From a virus: DNA of 64,000 nt. Location: the IMG/VR virus record IMGVR_UViG_3300045988_134109, positions 1 to 64,000 of that record; one strand, written 5' to 3'. The notes below the pieces were generated by a model that worked only from the letters and a program-made list of their open reading frames with translations, was not told the DNA's origin and did not search any database. A program made the translations under genes and the position numbers. Shown here piece by piece: positions 25,836-34,914 of the stretch; position 1 is the stretch's first letter; every line of letters begins with the position of its first letter.

Positions 25836-28278
25836 ACTTAGACCTTACCAAAAAGAGGCAGTAGATGCCGGGCTTAAGTTTCTTACAGGAAGATCTAAGA
25901 AGCCTGGCATAATCGTAGCTCCATGCGGATGTCATGCAAAAGGATACGGAATACTCATGTATGACGGGACAATAAAGAAAGTGGAGGATATTGTAGTTGG
26001 AGATAGGGTAATGGGTGATGATGGAACCCCAAGAACTGTCCTGGAATTGCATAATGGAATAGATGACATGTATGAAATAAGACCTTTAAAAGGGAAGCCT
26101 TTTATCGTGAATAAAGGCCATATAATGTCAATGTATAGATTAAAAGATAAACGAAAAGATGGTCCATCTATAGAAGAAGTAAGCATCGGGGAGTATATAA
26201 AATTTGCTCCTTATCATAAGACGATTCTTAAGCTTAGAAGACCAAACGGTTTCGATTTTGAGGAATCTAAAAAGAATATGCCGTTAGATCCTTATTTTTT
26301 GGGATTGAGCCTTGGAGATGGCAGTATCACCTCCAGTCTTAGCATAACTACTCAACGACAAGAAATAGTAGAATATTTATATTCGTTTGTTAAGCAGTAC
26401 AATATGTATATAAGAGTAGCAGAGAAGAAAGGAACTAACAATAAGTCAAAATCTTATTTTTTATCAAAAGGATGTGGAAGAGGTGGGAACCCTATAATAA
26501 ATGCTATTAAAGATATAGGATTATACAATAGAAAATCTGGTGATAAATTTATACCAATACAATATCTTACATCAAATAAAGAAAACAGATATAAACTATT
26601 AGCTGGATTTCTTGACACAGATGCTTATTATAATAAATCAGGAAAAGGGTATGAGTATTGCAGTAAATCTGAAACAATGATGAAACAATTTGTTTTATTG
26701 TGTAGAAGTTTAGGATTGTTATGTTCAGGATACTCATGTAAACTTGTTGATGGTGTAAAATATTATAGAACTGGAATATATGGAAATTTAGAGAATATAC
26801 CCGTAAGGGTTGGTATAAGAAAAGGAGCCAATAGGATAATAAATAAAAATCCATATGTTGTTGGCTTCAAGGTAGAATATGTAGGAAAAGGAGAATATTA
26901 TGGTTTTACAACAGATGGGAACCATTTATATTTGGATGAGCAATGCTTTATTCATCATAATTCGGGAAAATCTTTAATAATATCCAAGATAGCACATGAA
27001 ATAAATAGACCGACGTTAGTATTACAGCCCTCAAAAGAGATTCTGGAGCAGAATTATGCAAAGGCTGTATCATTCGGTTCTAAACCTACCATATATTCTG
27101 CTTCATGTGGTATAAAGGAGCTGTCGGCTATGACTTATGCAACATTAAAGAGCATAAAGAAAGATGTAGCGAAGTTGAAGGATATAGGGATAGATACCTT
27201 ATTGATAGACGAATGTCATTCAGGATATTCCCCAGAAGAAGGTTCTGAATTTATGGAGTTTATGAGCAGGTTTCCAGAGGCGAAGGTGCTGGGCTTCACT
27301 GCCACGCCCTGCCGCCTCCGGACCTACAGCTCCATGCTGGAAGGGAACTATAGCAAGCTCAATATGCTGACGAAAGACGAACATAACTTCTTCAAGAAAA
27401 TAGTTCATGTAACTCAAATACAAGAACTAACCTCTCAAGGGTTTTGGTGTCCACTTAAGTACGAACGATGGTCGTTTGATGAATCGGCTCTGATGTTAAA
27501 CAGTACCGGGGCTGAATACACCAACGAATCTATTAAAGAAAGTATTGTAAGAAATGGCTTAAACAACTCTATCTACAAGCGCCTTCTTCAACTTATGAAC
27601 GAACGTAAAGCCATTTTGGTTTGCATGGATTCTATTGAATCATGTAATAGAATATCAGAGTTCATGAATGCCAAGATGGGAGCCATAACCGGTGTCGTAA
27701 CATCGCTAACAACCAAAAAGAAAAGAGAACAAATCATATCCGATTTCAAAGAAGGTAAGTTGAAGGTGGTTTTTAATTATTCAACGCTTGCTACCGGATT
27801 TGATTTTCCTGAACTTGATTGTGTGATGTTTGGTCGCCCAACTTTCTCATATTCAACGTATTACCAAATATTAGGCCGCGCCATCCGCATCCATCCTGAC
27901 AAGAAAGAGGCACTGATAGTTGATTGCTGCGACAACATGAGGCGCTTCGGCCGAATAGAGGACTTGACAATCGAACAATTTCCTTCTAAGGGTTGGTGTA
28001 TGTTTGCCGGCAATCAACTTCTGTCCAATATAAGGATGGGTGATATTATTACCAAAGACGAGATCCTTCGCCGGGCAGCCTCGCTTAAATCTGTGAATGG
28101 AGATGGTAGGAGAGAAGACGATCTTGACAGTATAATAATGTGGTTTGGAAAATATGAAGGAATTAGATTCAAGGATATACCAGTGTCGTATTTTAGGTTT
28201 TTGGCTGAGAATATGGCAGTAAAACCGGGAGATAGGAAAGAAAAGATTATCGAATATTATAATAGGATAAAGGCATGA
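25825..28278 (+). CDS. SF2 DNA helicase (UvsW/XPB-like; extein of 473 aa) interrupted by an intein in the Walker A motif; C-terminal DUF3820-like tail
   Basis: LRPYQ at the N-terminus, APCG|intein|SGKS reconstitutes APCGSGKS; LIDECH (motif II), GFTATP (III), ILGRAIR (VI); C-terminal IMWFGKYEGIRFKDIPVSYFRFL resembles the FGKYKG...P.SYL.WL domain. Confidence 0.75.
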   Translation: MGFELRPYQKEAVDAGLKFLTGRSKKPGIIVAPCGCHAKGYGILMYDGTIKKVEDIVVGDRVMGDDGTPRTVLELHNGIDDMYEIRPLKGKPFIVNKGHIMSMYRLKDKRKDGPSIEEVSIGEYIKFAPYHKTILKLRRPNGFDFEESKKNMPLDPYFLGLSLGDGSITSSLSITTQRQEIVEYLYSFVKQYNMYIRVAEKKGTNNKSKSYFLSKGCGRGGNPIINAIKDIGLYNRKSGDKFIPIQYLTSNKENRYKLLAGFLDTDAYYNKSGKGYEYCSKSETMMKQFVLLCRSLGLLCSGYSCKLVDGVKYYRTGIYGNLENIPVRVGIRKGANRIINKNPYVVGFKVEYVGKGEYYGFTTDGNHLYLDEQCFIHHNSGKSLIISKIAHEINRPTLVLQPSKEILEQNYAKAVSFGSKPTIYSASCGIKELSAMTYATLKSIKKDVAKLKDIGIDTLLIDECHSGYSPEEGSEFMEFMSRFPEAKVLGFTATPCRLRTYSSMLEGNYSKLNMLTKDEHNFFKKIVHVTQIQELTSQGFWCPLKYERWSFDESALMLNSTGAEYTNESIKESIVRNGLNNSIYKRLLQLMNERKAILVCMDSIESCNRISEFMNAKMGAITGVVTSLTTKKKREQIISDFKEGKLKVVFNYSTLATGFDFPELDCVMFGRPTFSYSTYYQILGRAIRIHPDKKEALIVDCCDNMRRFGRIEDLTIEQFPSKGWCMFAGNQLLSNIRMGDIITKDEILRRAASLKSVNGDGRREDDLDSIIMWFGKYEGIRFKDIPVSYFRFLAENMAVKPGDRKEKIIEYYNRIKA
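25930..26961 (+). mobile_element. intein (344 aa) with a LAGLIDADG homing-endonuclease domain
   Basis: starts with Cys (CHAKGYGILMYDGT..VEDIVVGDRV Hint block A) and ends ...CFIHHN followed by Ser of the extein; internal FLGLSLGDGSI and LAGFLDTDAY LAGLIDADG motifs. Confidence 0.8.
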
Positions 28279-28631
28279 ACAACAAGAGAAGAAAAAAAAT
28301 ATTGGATGTTATTAACAACGTAAATAAGTATAAAACGGATTTTGAATACATCAAATCAAAGTTATCGGAGTTGAAGTACAACATAAATTCAGCCAAAGAT
28401 GATGTTGATATGATTTTAGATGAAGAGACGGAGGCGAGAGATAATATACCGGAATCGTTACAAGACTCAGAAAGATATTGGGAATCAGATCAGGCTGTAA
28501 CTGATATGGAGGAGGTGGTTGATGACATGGAAAGTATTATAAATGATATAGATGATGTGATTTCAACCATAGATGGGAGCATTAAAACCATAAATGGTTC
28601 TATTAAAGTAAATTTGGAAGGAGTAATATAA
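28275..28631 (+). CDS. hypothetical acidic protein (118 aa)
   Basis: ATG overlapping the upstream stop. Confidence 0.5.
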   Translation: MNNKRRKKILDVINNVNKYKTDFEYIKSKLSELKYNINSAKDDVDMILDEETEARDNIPESLQDSERYWESDQAVTDMEEVVDDMESIINDIDDVISTIDGSIKTINGSIKVNLEGVI

Positions 28632-28877
28632 ATGAAAACAAATGAATTAAGGGAAATACTTAAATTGTATGGTCTTCAACATGATGTTGTTATCAACAAA
28701 AGTTCAAGAAGGTATTCTATTATCTTAGATAATAACATAATAGGAACCAATCACGACAAAGAGAGGGTGGTTGTGTTCCGTCCTATACCGGAAGGGAAAA
28801 ACACATTCTGCATGGAGCGAGATAGGTTCTACACGGAGTTTGAAGAAGCTTTTGATGATGTTGACATACTCCCATAG
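28632..28877 (+). CDS. 5' part of a gene disrupted by the IS insertion (76 native codons, then 5 codons plus stop from the IS end)
   Basis: SD GGAAGGAG then ATG; the reading frame runs into TTGACATACTCCCATAG of the IS right end. Confidence 0.6.
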   Translation: MKTNELREILKLYGLQHDVVINKSSRRYSIILDNNIIGTNHDKERVVVFRPIPEGKNTFCMERDRFYTEFEEAFDDVDILP

Positions 28878-29776
28878 CTAAAGCAAATGGGATTCTTGGA
28901 TACAAACGTATGGAACCCCGGTATTTCTACCGCTGGAATTACCCATACTCTCCAATTCGGAAATGCCCTTCCGAAGTATATTACGGGCTGCAAGAACATC
29001 ACGGTCGTTGACCGCGCCGCACGACGGGCATACCCACGTGCGGTCGCGTAACGACAGACCTTTATTAATGCAGCCACATTCACAAGTTTTGGAAGAAGGA
29101 TACCATTTATCATTTGTTCCCATCACTTTTAGTTAGATAAGTTTTCAGGCCAAAATCCAATCCGATAGATGCACCATCATGTGTCTTTCTATAAGAGTTT
29201 GAAGGATTATGATCTGTAACTATAATCAAACTAAAGCGGGAACAGGTTTCTTTAACTATTCTTATTTGTTTAACATTACCTTCGTAGACTCTACTGTATG
29301 AAAATCTAAATCGTTTCTTCCCTTTGTTAATTGTTAAACAATTACCATTCAGGGTAAAACCACCTTGTTTGAAAACAAAAGAATTGAATTTCTCCGGTGA
29401 TTTAAACTTAGGAGGTCGTTTAGCCAACTTCTTAAAGAAACGATTATAAGATTCATCAAGACGTTCAAGTATTTCTTGTGTTGTTTGGGAATGAAGCAAG
29501 TTTCTTTTAATTCTTTTGGCAAAATACTTCTTCATTTTGCCAACTGAGATATATTTTCCAAACAGTTTGTAATACCTACGTTGTAGAGCTAACGCATGAT
29601 TCCACACAAAACAACATTCACGAAGTATCTTGACAAGATACTTCGTTTTCTTCGAATGATAGATGTTGTATTTGTATGAAATCATTTTTTTATCTGTAAT
29701 TTTGATTCAAAATTAATCAAACCAATTCATCCACCTTCTAAAGTATGGTGGTTTTGTTGGTTAAATAATCATAAAA
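28861..29776 (-). mobile_element. IS200/IS605-family TnpB-only element, copy 2 (916 bp, decayed)
   Basis: the right end (28861-28993) is ~90% identical to 42783-42915; 29466-29776 matches 10219-10514; the flanking ORFs fuse in frame when 28861-29776 is removed. Confidence 0.8.
28878..29685 (-). pseudogene. tnpB: tnpB pseudogene: N-terminal 191 aa (through RuvC-I IGLDFGL) plus a frameshifted C-terminal 82 aa (zinc finger CxxC..CxxC plus RuvC-III DRDVLAARNI); ~100 aa including RuvC-II are missing
   Basis: two ORFs at 29110-29685 and 28878-29126 overlap in different frames; the N-terminus MISYKYNIYHS..CCFVWNHAL is typical of OrfB/TnpB. Confidence 0.75.
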
Positions 29777-29778
29777 AG

Positions 29779-30024
29779 GATGAAGATGAAAAAGGGTATG
29801 TCTATACCGTAAGAATAAAACAAAACAACGGAAGGGTTGTGCATGCTACTCTATTTTTTAAAGACAAGAAAGGCCCTACATTTGAAGATTTAAAGAAGGA
29901 GCTTGATGGCATGGGAGTTAAAAATGATAGTTATAGCAATAACGGCATAATTATCATTAACCGCATTATCATGAGCGGAGAAGAATTTGATCGCTTTGTA
30001 GGAGATGATGGGCGATATTATTAG
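29779..30024 (+). pseudogene. 3' part of the IS-disrupted gene; in frame with 28632-28860 after in-silico excision of 28861-29776 (track ORF 29839-30024)
   Basis: the open frame extends without an ATG from the IS boundary (DEDEKGYVYTVRIKQNNGRVVHATLFF...); joining ...EEAFDD + E + DEDEKG... restores a 159-aa ORF. Confidence 0.6.
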
Positions 30025-30060
30025 ACAGTTAATTAAAATAACGATAAAACAAAATAAAAG

Positions 30061-30606
30061 ATGGACGATATTATTATTAAAAAAGGAACCGATGTAGTTC
30101 TTAACAGAGATCTTAATGTTCGTGAAGTAACAGTAGCCAGAAAAGGACTTAAGGTTGCATGTGAAAAGGATATCAAAAAAGGAGATACAGAAGTTACACT
30201 GTCATACGAAGGTCGTATGGAGTTCGATGTACCAGTTGAATATATATCTAAGAGTGATAATACTCTTTTTGAAAATAAAGAAAGTAAGTCGGTGAAGAAT
30301 GACATCATAGACGACAAACTACGATGGGACTTGCTTCCAATGGAGGAGATTGAAGACATTGTAAGAGTCTATCATGCTGGTGCAAAGAAGTACGGACCCA
30401 ATAAATGGCAGAACCTTGACAACGGGTTTGAACGGTATCGTGCTGCGGCTGCCAGACACCTAATGGAATACATGAAAGGGGAAAGAATAGACTCAGATAC
30501 AGGAGCTTTTCATCTTGCACAATGTGCATGGAATTGTATAGCTATGCTGTGGTATGATAAGCACGGGAAAGGATTAATACCATTAAATAAGGAGGAAAAG
30601 AAATGA
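30061..30606 (+). CDS. dATP/dGTP pyrophosphohydrolase-domain (MazG-like) protein (181 aa)
   Basis: LRWDLLPMEEIEDIVRVYHAGAKKYGPNKWQN...YRAAAARHL matches the phage dATP/dGTP diphosphohydrolase N-terminal domain pattern (L.P..L..V..FGA.KY..NW..G...Y.aA..RHL). Confidence 0.5.
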   Translation: MDDIIIKKGTDVVLNRDLNVREVTVARKGLKVACEKDIKKGDTEVTLSYEGRMEFDVPVEYISKSDNTLFENKESKSVKNDIIDDKLRWDLLPMEEIEDIVRVYHAGAKKYGPNKWQNLDNGFERYRAAAARHLMEYMKGERIDSDTGAFHLAQCAWNCIAMLWYDKHGKGLIPLNKEEKK

Positions 30607-30911
30607 CAAAAGAACAAATGATTCAACTGTTAGACACAGAGCTTGATGCAATGAACAAACATAGAAATAATATTGAAAGAATTAAAAAGGAATATTTCGA
30701 TTCTGTTTATGGATTCAAGAAGGGAGATAAGGTAAGCGTTCTTTACAAACGTTCGAAAGAACCTCTTGTTGGTTTCTTCAAGAGCATTCAAATCATGAGT
30801 ACTGGAACAGTTATATTTACAATCCAGGAAGTTAATAAAGAAGGAAGACCTGGAAGAGGATCTTATTTGGTGTATGAAGGCGATTTAAGCGAAATCAAAA
30901 AAGTAGAATAA
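30603..30911 (+). CDS. hypothetical protein (102 aa)
   Basis: SD TAAGGAGGAAAAG then ATG overlapping the upstream stop. Confidence 0.55.
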   Translation: MTKEQMIQLLDTELDAMNKHRNNIERIKKEYFDSVYGFKKGDKVSVLYKRSKEPLVGFFKSIQIMSTGTVIFTIQEVNKEGRPGRGSYLVYEGDLSEIKKVE

Positions 30912-30912
30912 C

Positions 30913-31434
30913 ATGATTAGAGCAAGATTTTACATTAGAAAGGATGACTGTAACAATGATTACCGTCCAGTCAAATGGTCTATAAAATATCCATATTGGT
31001 GTAGTGCAGAATCCAGTAATTCATTTGTATTGGTAGCGTATGCTGAAGATGAAGACAGCATAAAAGAACTGTGGCCGGAGGCGTATGATATTAATGTCTT
31101 AGAGAAAGATACCGAAATTAGATTCACATTAAGATTTCCTAAGCCGGAATGGTATGAATTATATGAAGAAATGTATGATACATTTGTGTGGATTACAGAC
31201 ACATGTCTGCAAGATGGTAAGATAAGAAAAGTAAAAGCTAAAATAGAAGATTATGATGGTACTTTATTAGCCGACACTCCTGGCCGGTTCACTCCTTATA
31301 CAATAGGGTATCAAGCTTTTAAAAGTAAAGAAGAAGCTTTGAAATATGCAGAGGAACAGAGAACGGATTTAATTAAGCATCTTAAGTTGCAAATACACGA
31401 ACTTGAAAATCTAAAATTTAAATGCGATGATTGA
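30913..31434 (+). CDS. hypothetical protein (173 aa)
   Basis: ATG ORF. Confidence 0.55.
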   Translation: MIRARFYIRKDDCNNDYRPVKWSIKYPYWCSAESSNSFVLVAYAEDEDSIKELWPEAYDINVLEKDTEIRFTLRFPKPEWYELYEEMYDTFVWITDTCLQDGKIRKVKAKIEDYDGTLLADTPGRFTPYTIGYQAFKSKEEALKYAEEQRTDLIKHLKLQIHELENLKFKCDD

Positions 31435-31487
31435 ATAATTTGATTATTTTACAAATAACGATTACATTTACGATATAAATCATTCAA

Positions 31488-32678
31488 ATGAGATTAGTTG
31501 AAAGGCATATAGTTAAAGACAACCGGTTTGAGGATATTTGCTTCAAATCCGGCTTGTTATATAATTATGTTCTTTACAACATTCGTCAAGGAATCTTTTC
31601 AGGTAACTATTTAAAGGAATTTGATTTATCAGACAAACTTTGCAAAGAAAACCAATTCGATTTCAGGAATTTACCTAATCATGTATCCCAACAGGTGATT
31701 AAACAGGTATTTAAAAACATAAAATCCTGGATAAAACTCAAGAAGGATTTTGAAAAGAATCCTTCTAAATACGGAAATCATAGACCTCACCTTCCATCAT
31801 ACAAACAAGGTAAGAAACAAAACATGGTTGTTTTCACCAACTGCAATTGTAGGGTAAAGGGTGATAATTGTATTTATTTTGTTAAAGATATAATCAAACC
31901 TATCAAAACAAATGTAAAGAAAGACGAACTAAAACAAGTTAGAATAATCCCTCAAGCTACATGTTATGTAGTAGAGGTAGTTTATGAAAGAAAGGAAACT
32001 GATCTTGGTTTAAACAAAGACAATTTTCTTTCGATTGATTTAGGATTGAATAATTTATGTTCATGTATTAGTAATGTAGAAACTAATTCTTTCATTATAA
32101 ACGGACGGGTTATGAAATCAGTAAATCAGTGGTACAATAAGAAGAAAGCTAAGTTGATGTCTTTTGTTGGTAATAAGGGAACTTCAAATAGAATAAGAAA
32201 AATTACTTTGTTTAGAAATTGTTGGATAGAAGACAAATTGCATAAAATCAGTAGATACATTGTAGACTTTTGTAAATCTAACAATATAGGAACAATCATC
32301 ATTGGATTAAACAAAGAATGGAAAAACGAGATAAATATCGGTAAAAGGAATAACCAACATTTTGTTTCTATTCCTCATTCTAAATTGATCGATAAGATTG
32401 TTTACAAAGCAAATCTTTTAGGGATAGAGGTAATTACTCATGAGGAATCTTACACATCAAAGATTGACCATCTTGCTTTTGAACCTCTAAAGAAACAAGA
32501 ATCCTATTTAGGGAAAAGAAAGAAACGTGGATTATTCCAAAGTTCCGTTGGAAAGCTAATTAATGCTGATATTAATGGAGCTATAGGAATAGCAAGAAAA
32601 GTAGTCGGTGATTCTTTCATTGGAAAGATAATCGATAGTGGATTTGTGTTTAATCCGGTTAGAATAAATATTTTGTGA
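31488..32678 (+). CDS. tnpB: full-length TnpB (IS200/IS605 OrfB-type RNA-guided nuclease homolog, 396 aa); RuvC-I/II/III residues present, zinc-finger cysteines absent
   Basis: LSIDLGLNN (RuvC-I D), ITHEESYTSKIDH (RuvC-II E), INADINGAIGIARK (RuvC-III D, NADxNAAxNIA pattern); the segment between RuvC-II and RuvC-III (SKIDHLAFEP...RGLFQSSVGKL) has no CxxC pairs. Confidence 0.75.
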   Translation: MRLVERHIVKDNRFEDICFKSGLLYNYVLYNIRQGIFSGNYLKEFDLSDKLCKENQFDFRNLPNHVSQQVIKQVFKNIKSWIKLKKDFEKNPSKYGNHRPHLPSYKQGKKQNMVVFTNCNCRVKGDNCIYFVKDIIKPIKTNVKKDELKQVRIIPQATCYVVEVVYERKETDLGLNKDNFLSIDLGLNNLCSCISNVETNSFIINGRVMKSVNQWYNKKKAKLMSFVGNKGTSNRIRKITLFRNCWIEDKLHKISRYIVDFCKSNNIGTIIIGLNKEWKNEINIGKRNNQHFVSIPHSKLIDKIVYKANLLGIEVITHEESYTSKIDHLAFEPLKKQESYLGKRKKRGLFQSSVGKLINADINGAIGIARKVVGDSFIGKIIDSGFVFNPVRINIL

Positions 32679-32694
32679 TATAAGGTTGAATCTA

Positions 32695-33432
32695 ATGAAT
32701 AAAATGAATAATTTTAATAACATTAACTACGCAGCAAAAGCCAGAAAAGCTTATTTGATAAATAATTTCGATAAGATTCTTAACAGCCTCAACACGCTTC
32801 ATTCAACGGTTGAAACCATGACGTTGTTCGTAAATGACCAGGCTTATAATTACATTCTTAAGCTGAAGGAAGTGATTAAGGGCGGCCCTATGTACAGGCA
32901 TAATGTCAAACGATTTTTGAATGAGATGGATAAGGAGATAAAGAAGTATAATGCTTCTATCTACTACATAAATAAAGAGCGTAGTGAGGTTATAGCTGAT
33001 ATAACACAAGCGATGGAAGATTACCTCATGCCATACATAGACGACCTGGCCGGCGCTATAAGGGCAGCCGTGTGGTCGAGGGGTGTATCCGAGGAGCGGA
33101 CGGAGGTGGCGGTACTGTCCCTAATCGTATCCTCCTTGGCCACGACATCAGGCAGACTTATCTCAGGTGGATATCAGATCATGAAAGAAATGGGTGGGGG
33201 TCAAGGTGGTAATCCATTTACGTTTATGAGCATTGATAAGATAAGACACTTATCTACATCATTATCTGATGCTATTACCGGTGGAGAAATAGCTCTTGAA
33301 GAAAAAGAAGCCAATGACATAACTAAGGCAATGGATGTTTTTATTGAGAAAATGTCAGATTCGTATATTGTTGATAAGGTGATCAGCATACTTGAAGAGG
33401 CAGAATCTAAAAACAAGGAGGAAGTATCATGA
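32695..33432 (+). CDS. hypothetical protein (246 aa from the ATG at 32695)
   Basis: the track start at 32686 is TTG, 8 nt after the tnpB stop; the first ATG is at 32695. Confidence 0.5.
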   Translation: MNKMNNFNNINYAAKARKAYLINNFDKILNSLNTLHSTVETMTLFVNDQAYNYILKLKEVIKGGPMYRHNVKRFLNEMDKEIKKYNASIYYINKERSEVIADITQAMEDYLMPYIDDLAGAIRAAVWSRGVSEERTEVAVLSLIVSSLATTSGRLISGGYQIMKEMGGGQGGNPFTFMSIDKIRHLSTSLSDAITGGEIALEEKEANDITKAMDVFIEKMSDSYIVDKVISILEEAESKNKEEVS

Positions 33433-33911
33433 ATTTAAAACTCGTATGTCCTAAGTGTGGTGCCAAGCACAATCCCAACTCTACACATTCAATGAATGCC
33501 TCGGATTTCATAGAAGGGGACATTAGGACCATTATGGAAGAACGTGGGTGGTGCTTTCAGTGCGCCTGCTGGCAGAATATATACAACGTACACAAAGACA
33601 ATCCAGGATGGGTTAGAATCGATGGCGTAAGCTGGATTATCAAACCTATGGCAGCGATCGTACCAGGTGGATGGAATGCTCTTGGATGCGGAGGGAGAAA
33701 GATGTATATTAACATCGAAGGAAAGGGTATTGTTGTATCTAATAATACTTGGTGTCAGGGCTATGTTCCAAAAGTCTTTAAGGAACTGATGCCTGATAAT
33801 GCTACGTGGGCTACGAAAGAGGAATACGATAAAGCTCCTACAGTAGGATACGTTATAGAAGGTGTTGGTTTGATTTTCACAGATAGGACAGGTCATGAAG
33901 TTAATGTTTAG
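33429..33911 (+). CDS. hypothetical Cys-rich protein (160 aa)
   Basis: strong SD ACAAGGAGGAAG then ATG overlapping the upstream stop; CPKCG...CFQCAC. Confidence 0.6.
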   Translation: MNLKLVCPKCGAKHNPNSTHSMNASDFIEGDIRTIMEERGWCFQCACWQNIYNVHKDNPGWVRIDGVSWIIKPMAAIVPGGWNALGCGGRKMYINIEGKGIVVSNNTWCQGYVPKVFKELMPDNATWATKEEYDKAPTVGYVIEGVGLIFTDRTGHEVNV

Positions 33912-34159
33912 GAATCTATTCCATACTCCTCTTAGAATAGTTGAAAGGAAATTAACTAATGGGGAAGTGGAATATTGATGCCAATATCAAAACATTTTTG
34001 GGAAATGGAAAAACAGGATAAAATACGATATGTTTGGCATGTGGTGTTATGCTGTTTTTTATTCATTCGAAGATGCGTATGAATTTAATTATGGTAAGAA
34101 CAAAGAAGAAAAGGTAAAGGTAGTGGATTCTTGTTACAAGAAAAGATGGTAACTACAAT

Positions 34160-34196
34160 AATCCCCGGCCATACAATAGGTGTACGGTTGGGGATT
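34160..34196. terminator. imperfect hairpin (AATCCCC...GGGGATT) in the convergent strand-switch region; candidate bidirectional terminator
   Basis: 7-bp GC-rich stem flanked by A-rich (upstream) and T-rich (downstream) sequence between the last plus-strand gene and the first minus-strand gene. Confidence 0.35.
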
Positions 34197-34232
34197 ATTG
34201 TAATATATGATTAATAACCGTCTTATCTTTTA

Positions 34233-34682
34233 TTATAATTCTACATAGGTGTCAATAGGAACAAAGCTGCCAATTGTACTTATCTTATATATTGAATGAA
34301 TAAGGTGAGTACTTGGACTTAATTTCAGTTGAGGTACTTGATTGGATCCTTCTGTAATAAAGAAATAATAAAAAACGTCTCCAATCGTAAACTGTAACAT
34401 AATATCACCTGTTACCGATCCTTCATTAAAGTAAGCCTGGATATATTGTCCAGAATTTGATATCGTACAATTTATAGGATTACCGCCCATCGTACATACC
34501 TTGCTATTATTAATTTCATCTAAAACATAGGAAGCCGCCATAGTTGCTCCATTAGATCGGTATCTACAACCAAGAATAGGTACAGGATTTCGCCATGTGG
34601 TTGTAGGGGCCGAAATCGAACAAGCAAAAACAGGGATCTTGCCGCCAGCAACTGTATTAATATTTTCAAATCTTCTTCTCAT
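34233..34682 (-). CDS. MRRRF-family small protein 1 (149 aa)
   Basis: ATG start; N-terminal MRRRFENINTVAGG shared with two paralogs. Confidence 0.6.
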   Translation of the reverse strand: MRRRFENINTVAGGKIPVFACSISAPTTTWRNPVPILGCRYRSNGATMAASYVLDEINNSKVCTMGGNPINCTISNSGQYIQAYFNEGSVTGDIMLQFTIGDVFYYFFITEGSNQVPQLKLSPSTHLIHSIYKISTIGSFVPIDTYVEL

Positions 34683-34686
34683 AATT

Positions 34687-34914
34687 TTATAAAATTAATT
34701 CAGTAAAAGGACGGACATAATGTGAACTACCCCTTGAACCTGTATCCAAATGATCTCCTTGGATGTTTATATCATAATACCACGAATAGGAAAATTTTTC
34801 ATTTCGAGTGGATGTCCACATTCTATTACTCATTATCGTACCTCCTACCATTAAAAGGCATTCGTTTATTTCATTAGCATACAATGATATCAAAAAAAAA
34901 CTCTCCGGCGCCAC
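34687..34914 (-). CDS. ORF that would be fused to MRRRF-2 by a 1-nt slip in the T9 tract (+1 frame; track start is GTG)
   Basis: no ATG start; begins inside the 3' end of MRRRF-2, immediately at the T9 run (top-strand A9 at 34892-34900). Confidence 0.3.
   Translation of the reverse strand: MAPESFFLISLYANEINECLLMVGGTIMSNRMWTSTRNEKFSYSWYYDINIQGDHLDTGSRGSSHYVRPFTELIL

Noticed and set aside
28829-29113. ORFs 28829-29113 and 42727-42948 (minus strand) containing the shared peptide PVIYFGRAFPNW
   Set aside because: They are alternative-frame readings of the IS right-end repeat. The identity between them reflects the DNA repeat, not a protein family.
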